Shown in pieces: positions 1 through 8,533 of a DNA stretch of 20,000 nucleotides. This DNA is from an uncultured virus (IMG/VR IMGVR_UViG_3300010885_062553). Taxonomy: Duplodnaviria > Heunggongvirae > Uroviricota > Caudoviricetes. The notes beneath the pieces are model-generated. The model was given only the letters and a program-made list of their open reading frames with translations. It had not been told where the DNA came from and did not search any database. How positions within the stretch are numbered: the stretch's first letter is position 1; every line of letters begins with the position of its first letter. A program made the translations under genes and the position numbers. The stretch lies in IMG/VR virus record IMGVR_UViG_3300010885_062553; one strand, written 5' to 3'.

Positions 1-1230
1 TTCTCTAAATCAGATTCCGACTCATTAGCATTTTCTAAATCACCATCTTTTTATTGGGTGGTTGGACCAACAACAGGTAAGGAAACATGGGAAACTGGAA
101 CCCCTGCTACTAGTGGAAATTATGGATTGATCTTAAATTCTCCTGAAGGATTTCTAGTTAATAGTAAAAAATCATTTAACATAAATTCCTCTTCCAATTT
201 TTATTCGTATTCAAATGGAATCTCTATAAACACGTCTTCAAATTCACCTATTGTGTTTAATTCTGGATCTTATTTTAGCCTTTCGCTTTCTGGTGGAGTT
301 TTAAAATTATCATCTTCTAATCTATACGCATCATCATCTAATATATTAAACTATTCAGGAGCATTTCTTTATAATAATTTATACGATAACTCTAGAGACT
401 CTAAAGCTTTTAGAATAAGTAGTTCAGGAAACACTTCAAATTTAATAGTTAATAATTCTCTGGCTCCAAGCAGAAATTCTACTCTTCTCCATATAAGGGA
501 CACCTATTACGGAAATGACGTTTTAAAATTATATTCAAATGGTGATCTTTACGCTTTAAGAAAATTTAATGCAATCCAAAATCCAGTATGGGTTAATAAC
601 GGGGGAACATCCTCAGTGGAGTTACCTGGAACTGGTGGGAGTCCGAGTCTGCCAAAAAGTACTGTATATTGGCTTAATGTTGTTCCTTCGGTAGCTAGTG
701 GAGGAACTGGACCTTTTGAAAGCTGTCTTTTCTGTAGCTCTGGTACTGATTTTATAGTGGATCCTGCTAACTATGGACCTAATGTCAATCTTGGGATATC
801 TTTATGGACACCAGCATATTCTTCAAATTCTATGGACTCTGTATCAAATGGAGGATGGCTTAATCTTTTAAATGATCTGGAATCGATAACTTTTACCGTT
901 AGAATGAAAACTCCAGGAAGATATTTTAGATTCGTTGGGTTAAATACAAATACTGGATTAACCGGAGCGCCTGATGGAGCTGGACCTACTGGTCCTGCTG
1001 ATACATATGGAAATTATCAAGTTCATATGCTTTCTGCAACAGGAGCTCCTGGTGCAACAAATATAGAATTCACAATACTTAATTTATCAAATGGAGTTGC
1101 TAGATCGCAAACTGATAGATGGTTTAAAGTCTACTATTCAGCTTACGGTGGTCTTTCTTCGGCTACTGGAAGTTCAGAATATAGCGTTTCGGGTGTTTTG
1201 TGTAAGAATGGAACAATAACTTATATTTAA
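1..1230 (+). CDS. Ser/Gly/Asn-rich virion protein, tail-fibre/baseplate-like (5'-truncated by window edge)
   Basis: Frame 1 is open from base 1 (FSKSDSDSLAFSKSPSFYWV...), so the GTG at 58 is probably internal. Low-complexity beta-rich composition with GPTG/GATN motifs; shares F-x-KS...PSFYW and GSPSL segments with the next ORF. Confidence 0.55.
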   Translation, partial: FSKSDSDSLAFSKSPSFYWVVGPTTGKETWETGTPATSGNYGLILNSPEGFLVNSKKSFNINSSSNFYSYSNGISINTSSNSPIVFNSGSYFSLSLSGGVLKLSSSNLYASSSNILNYSGAFLYNNLYDNSRDSKAFRISSSGNTSNLIVNNSLAPSRNSTLLHIRDTYYGNDVLKLYSNGDLYALRKFNAIQNPVWVNNGGTSSVELPGTGGSPSLPKSTVYWLNVVPSVASGGTGPFESCLFCSSGTDFIVDPANYGPNVNLGISLWTPAYSSNSMDSVSNGGWLNLLNDLESITFTVRMKTPGRYFRFVGLNTNTGLTGAPDGAGPTGPADTYGNYQVHMLSATGAPGATNIEFTILNLSNGVARSQTDRWFKVYYSAYGGLSSATGSSEYSVSGVLCKNGTITYI

Positions 1231-1237
1231 AATAGAT

Positions 1238-3025
1238 ATGCACTTTAATACAAAATATATTTTTCAGGGGGATTCAGAGGATGAGATTGTCAGAAAGACC
1301 AATTATAATTTTGGTCAGATTATATCTTTTGCTTGTGGTGTGGACGGACATTTTGGACCCAAAGGATCAACCGGACAAATTGGGCCTTCCGGTAAGAAAG
1401 GGGCGGCCGGAATTTCCGGTCCAAGAGGATCTCTTTGGTTTAGACAAAATTTACAACCGGATTCCAATTTAATAAATCCTGGGGATCTATGGATAGACAC
1501 CTCAACTTTATATGGAGCGGTTAATTCTTTAAGTGCTACCGGAGCCTGGAATCCTACTGGATACTCTGTTTTATTTTCTCCTTATTTTAAAACGTACGAT
1601 GGTGTACTTGGACCTGGTCGTTTTTTTGATAAATATGCTATAGGTTTAAGCAATTCTGGTAAATTAATAGAGAGCGAGACAAGTTTGGTTTTTAGTGACA
1701 AAGATGTTTCTTTATTAGACTCTAATCCAAACAGAAGCAAATTAGTCATTTCAACTTTAGATCAATCTAGTAAACCTATATTATCTTTTATTAAGTCGAA
1801 TAGAGTGGTGTCAGGTGGACCTTCTTTTTATTGGACCTCCCCAGGATCTTACTCTTTAACTTTTAAAACAGATTCAGACCTTTCAATAAACTCTCTCTTT
1901 TCAGCTAATTTATTTGCTCTAGGTCCTACTGGGAGTCCGAGTCTTTTAGCCAGTCCATCCCTAAGCTTTTCTGGAAATTCTATGTCATTTTCTCAGTTAA
2001 GCCCTACCGGGGGAATTTATTTTAGCGGGACTGGAGATTTTTCTTTATATTCAAACACCACAGTTGGATCAGGTTCAAATTTTGTAGTGAATTCCAATTT
2101 GATTTCAATCAGCTCCTCATATTTCAGTCTTTCTGCTTCATCCGCAGAATCCTCTTGGGTAGATATAAGCAGCACGGGGGGTACCCCAGGGGTTGGGTCT
2201 TATATTATGAATATTTCTAAAACCCCAACAACAAGTTTACCTAGCTCTACAGTTACTTCAGGAACATATCCAACTGTTTTAATTGATGCTAGTAAAAATA
2301 ATTATGCACTAAATGTCTCACAGAAATTTACAGGTGGGGCTACCGCTTATACTATTTTTTCTTCTAGCCCCAGAAAATATGAGGTCTATTCAAATGCAGA
2401 GATCATAAACAAGCCTTTTGTTTCCCAAACGAAATTTGGTGCTATAAACCCCAGTGCTACCGGGGGAACCGGCGGACCTTATTTTTATCATGTTAAAAAG
2501 GTTTCAAGGGTTTATCAATTTTCTCCCCTTAGCTATCTGGGAACCATTGATTATTATAGCAAAGCAACTGCCCAATATGTATATTATGGACTTGACCTTT
2601 CCAATCCAAATTATTGGCTCGGTAATGATATTATAGTACTTAGTCAGCGTTTGGTATTTGGTGCGGTTTCAAACCCCTATATAAAAATACCAGGGTCTGA
2701 GATATTCTCTTACGGTGGATTCGAATCGAATAAAACTTATCGTATTATATTTGACGCTAACAACCCTTATTACACTTACTATAATACTCAAAGAAATACA
2801 TATTCGATCGGAAGATTTAGAGGACTTATGTGGCAATCTTCCGCTGGGATATATCGTTTATCTTTTCCTTCTCGTATAGGTGTAGCAGGTTCTTATGGTG
2901 CTCATTATGTTGATATTACTTATGTGGACATTCCAGGATTAAGCCAGGGAAAAAGAGTTCTTTATAAATTATCTACCGGATCTGCTGGTTTTGCAATATT
3001 GGGCAATCAGCTTTTTGTAGAATAA
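1238..3025 (+). CDS. Tail-fibre-like virion protein with short collagen segment
   Basis: N-terminal Gly-X-Y run (GHFGPKGSTGQIGPSGKKGAAGISGPRGS) followed by LWF...P...PGDLWID, a motif typical of phage fibre proteins; Ser/Gly/Tyr-rich body; 595 aa. Confidence 0.6.
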   Translation: MHFNTKYIFQGDSEDEIVRKTNYNFGQIISFACGVDGHFGPKGSTGQIGPSGKKGAAGISGPRGSLWFRQNLQPDSNLINPGDLWIDTSTLYGAVNSLSATGAWNPTGYSVLFSPYFKTYDGVLGPGRFFDKYAIGLSNSGKLIESETSLVFSDKDVSLLDSNPNRSKLVISTLDQSSKPILSFIKSNRVVSGGPSFYWTSPGSYSLTFKTDSDLSINSLFSANLFALGPTGSPSLLASPSLSFSGNSMSFSQLSPTGGIYFSGTGDFSLYSNTTVGSGSNFVVNSNLISISSSYFSLSASSAESSWVDISSTGGTPGVGSYIMNISKTPTTSLPSSTVTSGTYPTVLIDASKNNYALNVSQKFTGGATAYTIFSSSPRKYEVYSNAEIINKPFVSQTKFGAINPSATGGTGGPYFYHVKKVSRVYQFSPLSYLGTIDYYSKATAQYVYYGLDLSNPNYWLGNDIIVLSQRLVFGAVSNPYIKIPGSEIFSYGGFESNKTYRIIFDANNPYYTYYNTQRNTYSIGRFRGLMWQSSAGIYRLSFPSRIGVAGSYGAHYVDITYVDIPGLSQGKRVLYKLSTGSAGFAILGNQLFVE

Positions 3026-3071
3026 TGGGAATAAGAATAAAAAATAGACAATAAACAAAAAAGAGATAAAT

Positions 3072-3335
3072 ATGATAAATCTAACAAAAAAAGAAAAGAA
3101 AGAGATCCTCAGATTTTCTAGTAATTATATAAATCTTCACAATGAAATAGTGAAGGTAGAAAGTGAAATAAAAAACCTAGAAGAAAGATCATCTGAGCTT
3201 ATCCAAGATCTCGAAGCTTGCAGAGAAGAGGAGTCAAGATTCATGGAAGCACTAAATAAAAAATATGGTGAAGGCCAAATAGATCCGATGAGTTTGTGTT
3301 GGAGCCAAAAAAAATTGATACAAAATGACTTATAA
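3072..3335 (+). CDS. Small coiled-coil hypothetical protein (possible fibre chaperone)
   Basis: 87 aa with heptad-like E/K-rich helix ending in KKYGEGQID; A-rich leader; overlaps next gene by 11 nt. Function inferred from position only. Confidence 0.6.
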   Translation: MINLTKKEKKEILRFSSNYINLHNEIVKVESEIKNLEERSSELIQDLEACREEESRFMEALNKKYGEGQIDPMSLCWSQKKLIQNDL

Positions 3336-4158
3336 AAACGAAGAAGGAACCATTAAATTTCTATCTAGCAGGCTCTTCTTAATAATTGCTATAGCGATTT
3401 TAATTATGCTGCTGCTAAGACAGTGTAAAGCAACATCATCGGCAGAAGCTGAAGCAAAAAGGGAGCATAACAACTATTTAGCCGAAATGGATAGCGTTAG
3501 ATTAATTTCAAAAAGTAAAGATAAAGTTGTATACGAAAAATCCGCATTTGAAAGAAAGGTTTCTGAATTAACACAGAAAGAAAAGGATCTAATACATCAG
3601 CTTGAACTTAAATCTAATGGAAAGGGAACAACACCAAAAACTGTTATTCAAACGGTTACCCAATATGTTGACACTTTTAGAAATATTGCAAGTAGTGTAG
3701 TCGAGGATACTAGCGGAGGGACATCTTTGACCTTTAAATACGAACCAAAATTGCCGGGTAATAATAAATTCTCTCTTACTGGTAAAACCCCTTATGTTAT
3801 AGAATTTACAAGAAATCAAAAGGACACTGCAGAAGTTTTTGCTAAACTTAATCCAGGAAATACCGAGGTGTCCATGTCGCAGAATATTGATCTAGTAACT
3901 GGAATTTATAGGGATCCTAAATCAAAAAGACTTATGACTCGTGTTAGTACAACATATCCTAATATGACTTTCAGTAGCATAAACTCTTTTGATATAACCG
4001 ATAATCCAGATACCAGAGATATTATGAAGAAAGCTAGAAAAGAATGGGGCGTAGGATTTACCATTGGATATGGAATAGCAGGTTCTTCAACAGGAATAAA
4101 AACAGGACTTATACTCGGTATTGGTCTTCATTATACGCCAAAGTGGCTTCAATTCTGA
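3325..4158 (+). CDS. Membrane-anchored protein, candidate spanin/lysis protein
   Basis: N-terminal hydrophobic helix (LFLIIAIAILIMLLL) followed by RQC, a coiled coil, and a C-terminal Gly/aromatic beta-hairpin (WGVGFTIGYG...GLILGIGLHY...WLQF) ending in Phe. Confidence 0.55.
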   Translation: MTYKNEEGTIKFLSSRLFLIIAIAILIMLLLRQCKATSSAEAEAKREHNNYLAEMDSVRLISKSKDKVVYEKSAFERKVSELTQKEKDLIHQLELKSNGKGTTPKTVIQTVTQYVDTFRNIASSVVEDTSGGTSLTFKYEPKLPGNNKFSLTGKTPYVIEFTRNQKDTAEVFAKLNPGNTEVSMSQNIDLVTGIYRDPKSKRLMTRVSTTYPNMTFSSINSFDITDNPDTRDIMKKARKEWGVGFTIGYGIAGSSTGIKTGLILGIGLHYTPKWLQF

Positions 4159-4174
4159 AAATAATTAAAACTGA

Positions 4175-6418
4175 ATGTCTTATAGCACAACCTCTAAATT
4201 TGTTCAACTTACTCCGTATTTACTTATGGAGTACATGTATGCTTCTACACCCACGCCAGAGGCTCACTTCACCAATACCGGAACAGATGTAGTTGGGTAT
4301 GATAAATTGGTGAATGGATTTAGAGGAAATTCTATCCAGATATTTAACCCTAAAACAAACTTTTCTATAACTCAGAATTCACCACAGAATAGTGTGGTTA
4401 AGATATCTGAAAATTCTTTCGTTACCCTTGATTCGAATTTAATTATTCCGTTTAATGATTACTCTGAAAATTTAACTAAATCGGATAATCTGCCGGTTAA
4501 TTTCCAGTACAATCTTAGTGTTGTTTATGATAGCATTAGATACCATTTAAGAGCTGGATATGTGCTTCAAAATATAGATGGTATCATACTAGGTGTTGAG
4601 TATCAAGATGCTAATACAGACTATGTTACGATGTCTCAGATCCTTTTAAAGAAGGGAACTGAGCAAGATTATGTGCTCAATCCGAATCCAGTTACAATTG
4701 GAGCTGATATTTATGACAAGTATTTTGAAATAAAAATACCATCTCTTAAGAGCATGAATGACACTTATCTGTCAACTGCTCCAGCTTTTCAACCACAATC
4801 ACTTGGAGCTTTATTAAGTGGCAGCGGTAATGGTTTTTATTATGGAGCTCCAATGAGAATATCTGTTTGGCAGGTACAGAGCACGGATAGTTATGATGGA
4901 TATGCTAGATACAACTGTGCTCGTGCTGCTCTTTTATCCCTCGAGGAGCAAGATCCATTTGGGAATATTGGTGCTGTTATACAAGAGTCTGATAAAGGTC
5001 AATTCTTCGAGTACTTTGCTACAGATAGCGATGGCTTTATAGAGGATTTTATACTCTTCCAGAATTCAATAGGAAACAGCTACTATATAAATCATCAGAT
5101 AGAAGTTTTAGAACAAATAGGAGCAGCTCTTATAGAGACATCTAAATTTGATTCGGTTCAAACCACAGCCTATGATAGTCCTAGCTATTATAGACCAATA
5201 GTTAGAAATGCTGCCTATTCATCTGCTTTTGTTCTAAGGTACACAATGTCTTTAGTTAATAGCAAGGATCAAACCAGAACAGTTAGAGTTGCAACCTACA
5301 CCTCCGACGATCCTGCAAAATGGGGGATGACAATAACACCTATACAGTTAAGTAAATATCCTCAGATCCAAAAAATTTACAATAGAATATTCAGTCAACC
5401 TCAGATAAAACTTGGCGGATCTAATACACCGCAAAGTAAAGAGGTTTATAAATTTACCAATGTTTTCATCCAGCAATACTACGTTACTGCCTCTATGAGT
5501 AATCTAGCTCTTCAGGATGGTGTTCTCACCGAAGATTCAAGTTCTTCTCAGAATCTAGCTTTAGGGAATGGAAAATTGACTATATCCATTTCACCTTTTG
5601 ATAATTATTACAAATTTAAATTTCTTAAGGGTGGAACAGATGGAGATGCAGTTGCAATGGATTTAAGTAGTTCCCCTTATTATATTTCTTTTATAGATGA
5701 TAGTGGGAAAAAGAGCTATATACCATCACTTTCAGATACCACTATAGCAGTTCCTTCTATGGGGGAGCTGGCTTTTAAAGTTGATGAATCTAATTCTGCT
5801 AAAATTATTCAATTTTCAGATGATAGATTTTTTATTACCAGCGGAGGAGGAAATTCAACAGGAGCAACTGCAGGAACAAATCTAATGGGAGTTGCGGGTG
5901 CGACAGGAGCGAGCGTATCGTCCGCGGTAGCGCAGAGTTCGAGCGCCAGCGTAATGTATTGGGGTTACTGGAAAGAGCACGGGGATTCAGATCCTGAGGT
6001 AACAACTAACGCTATTAAAGAAGCTAACTCTTTAGCCAATCCACAATTAATAACTATTAAACAGACAGGAACTAGTTCTAATAAAGGAGCAACTGGATCC
6101 TCACAGACAGGAAGCTCCGGAGATATAATGTACCTAAGTGAAAATCCAACCGATTTTACGGAGGTTTCAAATAGCGCGGGATCAACAATAACGATTAAAC
6201 AATCTGCAACACAGACCCAAACAGGGAAGGCTCCTGATCCTATAGTTATTTACGAAAAAATTGGAACTGGAGTTAATTCGGCAGGAATGATTGAACCGAT
6301 AGTGGTTAAACCCCCTAAACCCATTATACAAACAATAAAACCAGCATACGTTCCTCCCACAGTAACAGCATACACCAAAGGTGGAAGTGTAACTGCTATA
6401 CCAAATGAAGAAGTTTAA
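4175..6418 (+). CDS. Large hypothetical protein, probably virion structural
   Basis: 747-aa ORF with beta-rich composition, no enzyme motifs and a low-complexity S/T/G/P C-terminal tail; lies 3 nt upstream of the gp3-like gene. Confidence 0.55.
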   Translation: MSYSTTSKFVQLTPYLLMEYMYASTPTPEAHFTNTGTDVVGYDKLVNGFRGNSIQIFNPKTNFSITQNSPQNSVVKISENSFVTLDSNLIIPFNDYSENLTKSDNLPVNFQYNLSVVYDSIRYHLRAGYVLQNIDGIILGVEYQDANTDYVTMSQILLKKGTEQDYVLNPNPVTIGADIYDKYFEIKIPSLKSMNDTYLSTAPAFQPQSLGALLSGSGNGFYYGAPMRISVWQVQSTDSYDGYARYNCARAALLSLEEQDPFGNIGAVIQESDKGQFFEYFATDSDGFIEDFILFQNSIGNSYYINHQIEVLEQIGAALIETSKFDSVQTTAYDSPSYYRPIVRNAAYSSAFVLRYTMSLVNSKDQTRTVRVATYTSDDPAKWGMTITPIQLSKYPQIQKIYNRIFSQPQIKLGGSNTPQSKEVYKFTNVFIQQYYVTASMSNLALQDGVLTEDSSSSQNLALGNGKLTISISPFDNYYKFKFLKGGTDGDAVAMDLSSSPYYISFIDDSGKKSYIPSLSDTTIAVPSMGELAFKVDESNSAKIIQFSDDRFFITSGGGNSTGATAGTNLMGVAGATGASVSSAVAQSSSASVMYWGYWKEHGDSDPEVTTNAIKEANSLANPQLITIKQTGTSSNKGATGSSQTGSSGDIMYLSENPTDFTEVSNSAGSTITIKQSATQTQTGKAPDPIVIYEKIGTGVNSAGMIEPIVVKPPKPIIQTIKPAYVPPTVTAYTKGGSVTAIPNEEV

Positions 6419-6421
6419 TAG

Positions 6422-6970
6422 ATGATACTAAATCCCAGATTAAATAGTTTTTATTTCAATTTTCCTAAAGGATTCTTTAGTGAAAGAGTTGTTTCCAAAT
6501 ATGAGAAATATATTAAAAAACAACCTATTCCATTTGATAGCGTTCAGCAATACGTAAACAGCACTATACAGTCAATAGGTGTCCCTGGGATGGCTATAGA
6601 TTCAGTTGAGCAGATAAGACAATTTGGGAAGAGAATTAGCTACAAAAGCTCAACACCTATACAGGATCTTTTCTCAAAGGATTTCACCATAAATTTTAAA
6701 AACACTGATGGTTTTATCAATTATTTCATAATGCTAGATACCGTGTTGGACTTTTTGAACTTTGAAAATCCACAGGTCAGAATCCCAGCTCTTCCGCTTA
6801 GAATAATGGACAATGAGGGTAATGTAGTAGTTTCAGTGACCTTTTTAGAGGTTATCTTCTCAAGCTTTTCTAATATGGATCTAAATTATTCTAATAATAA
6901 TGCCACACCTCAATCCTTTAGTGTTGGGTTTAAATGTAACTATATAGACATAGTTCTTGAATCCAAATAA
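6422..6970 (+). CDS. T4 gp3-like tail completion / tail-tube-fold protein
   Basis: Pattern IQSIGVPGM...DFTINF...D.FINY...LRIMDN...VTF..V..SSFSNMDLNY....PQSFSVGF resembles T4 gp3/gp19 tube-fold proteins; size (182 aa) and proximity to uvsY/uvsW fit T4-like gene order. Confidence 0.6.
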   Translation: MILNPRLNSFYFNFPKGFFSERVVSKYEKYIKKQPIPFDSVQQYVNSTIQSIGVPGMAIDSVEQIRQFGKRISYKSSTPIQDLFSKDFTINFKNTDGFINYFIMLDTVLDFLNFENPQVRIPALPLRIMDNEGNVVVSVTFLEVIFSSFSNMDLNYSNNNATPQSFSVGFKCNYIDIVLESK

Positions 6971-6978
6971 GATATATA
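6971..6978 (+). promoter_or_regulatory. GATATATA motif, candidate phage late promoter
   Basis: Exact 8-mer immediately after the stop of 6422..6970 and 21 nt before ATG 7000; one of four intergenic copies. Confidence 0.6.
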
Positions 6979-6999
6979 GAATAAATAAAAACTAAAAAC

Positions 7000-7230
7000 A
7001 TGAGAACTTTTAGCGAAAAAATAAACGAAATGAAGTACTCCCAGCCTTTTGGGGATCAAAAAGTACAGATGAAAAATCTTTTGGTTGCTGCAGCAGGTAA
7101 TGACCAAAGAGTTTTGAATGATATAGTGGAGTGCATGACGGAAGAGCAAATGAAAAAGTGTTTCGAAAAACTTTCTAAAACTTACGGATACGTTGGCGAA
7201 TATGGCCAAATAGTAAATCCCTCAATGTAA
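7000..7230 (+). CDS. Small hypothetical protein, candidate internal head protein
   Basis: 76 aa starting MRTFSEKINE, similar to the T4 capsid-targeting sequence; TAATG stop/start coupling with the next gene. Confidence 0.65.
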   Translation: MRTFSEKINEMKYSQPFGDQKVQMKNLLVAAAGNDQRVLNDIVECMTEEQMKKCFEKLSKTYGYVGEYGQIVNPSM

Positions 7231-7580
7231 TGAATAAAATGGAACATCTCAGGGAATTTGATTTTTTTTCTATGGGTAAACAGCAATCACCTGACGAAAA
7301 TAAGCTCGGGCTTTTTATAAGAAATAATTATAGTAGAATAGCTTCGACATTTAGTCATATAGGGGAAGGTCTTAATATAGATGATATTGAGGCTCAGACT
7401 GATCTCATGTTTATTGTTAGCTATAGCCCACCCCATGAGGAGATGCCATCCAGAATTTCTTATCTTGTAGATGCCATAACAGAAAGAATGAAATCTCTTA
7501 TAGGTGACCCAATGTTATCTTGGAGATTTGGCCATGACGATCCTTTTACAATCAGATTTATACTGAGTAAACCCCTTTAA
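7230..7580 (+). CDS. Hypothetical protein, candidate internal head protein
   Basis: 116 aa, translationally coupled on both sides; N-terminus MNKMEHLREFDFF (alternative start 7239). Confidence 0.6.
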   Translation: MNKMEHLREFDFFSMGKQQSPDENKLGLFIRNNYSRIASTFSHIGEGLNIDDIEAQTDLMFIVSYSPPHEEMPSRISYLVDAITERMKSLIGDPMLSWRFGHDDPFTIRFILSKPL

Positions 7581-8297
7581 ATGTTAAGCACTTATCAAAA
7601 TACAGTAGGCATAGATTTCTCCATAAATTCTCCGGCTTTTTGCTGTTTTAAGGATGGAAAATACATTTGGGGATCTTTAACAAGATCTGATAGATCTGCA
7701 GAGTCACATTTAAAAAATTCAAAGAAGCCTTTTTCTGTTCTTGATTCTGAAGATGATTTTAATATTTATTTTCTTGATAAAAAAGAACTTCCTGAAGACT
7801 ACACAGGAAGGGAAAGAATTAAGATAGTTTATTTCTTAGATATAGTAGAATCCTTCTGGAGCAGCATATTAGAAGTTATGGGAGACTGTGAATTTTCAGT
7901 GGCAATGGAAGGACTTAGCTTTTCATCAAACGGAAATTCTTTAATCGACATTTCGATGGCTACTGCTCTTCTAAGAGAAAAGATAATTAATAGGGTAGGC
8001 GTTGAAAATTTTTATGTTTTTTCTCCCACCGCTATTAAAAAATATGCCCTTAAGGGGAATGCAAAGAAAGATGAACTTTATGAGACTCTTTGCAATTTAA
8101 AAGACACTGAAACAAATTTAGAGAAATTTACTAGTATATTAGAAGTCAATAAATCTGAGTGGATAACACCAGCTAAGGCTATAAATAAACCTATTGACGA
8201 CATTGTGGACGCAACCTGGATAAACTTGTATTTAAAAAATCAATTAAAAGAAATTAATGGAAAACTTGAAGCAAAACTTGAACCAATTCTCAACTAA
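7581..8297 (+). CDS. ruvC: RuvC-like Holliday junction resolvase (RNase H fold)
   Basis: Acidic motifs in RuvC order: VGIDFS, AMEGLSF, SPTAIKK...GNAKKDE, DDIVDA. Confidence 0.8.
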   Translation: MLSTYQNTVGIDFSINSPAFCCFKDGKYIWGSLTRSDRSAESHLKNSKKPFSVLDSEDDFNIYFLDKKELPEDYTGRERIKIVYFLDIVESFWSSILEVMGDCEFSVAMEGLSFSSNGNSLIDISMATALLREKIINRVGVENFYVFSPTAIKKYALKGNAKKDELYETLCNLKDTETNLEKFTSILEVNKSEWITPAKAINKPIDDIVDATWINLYLKNQLKEINGKLEAKLEPILN

Positions 8298-8533
8298 CAC
8301 CTCCTCTACCCAATCCCGCACTAACAATCAAGATCATCCCAGATCTACGGAGGAAATCGAATCATCAGTATTCTCAACGTCTTTTTGCAAAAAAGAAATA
8401 TCCAAAAGGGTAAGTTGCAATTCCTGTGCTATGTCCAAGAGTTTAGAACACATTGATTGAACAAAAATATAACTTAGTAAATAATAAAGGAAACAAAAGT
8501 AAAACAAAAAGTAAAAAAACAAAAGTAAATTTT

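Noticed and set aside
1281..4292. Short alternative-frame + strand ORFs (1281..1472, 2454..2636, 4044..4292), including a possible nested o-spanin
   Set aside because: They are nested in longer genes and have no recognisable motifs; 4044..4292 has no signal peptide or lipobox.
8257..8460. 67-aa ORF as a confident gene
   Set aside because: It overlaps ruvC by 41 nt, is low-complexity and has no recognisable family; kept only as a possibility under the intergenic finding.
8453..8533. N-terminal extension of gp32 from the TTG start given in the ORF track
   Set aside because: It translates an A-rich repeat leader (NKSKTKSKKTK); ATG 8534 gives a more typical gp32 start.
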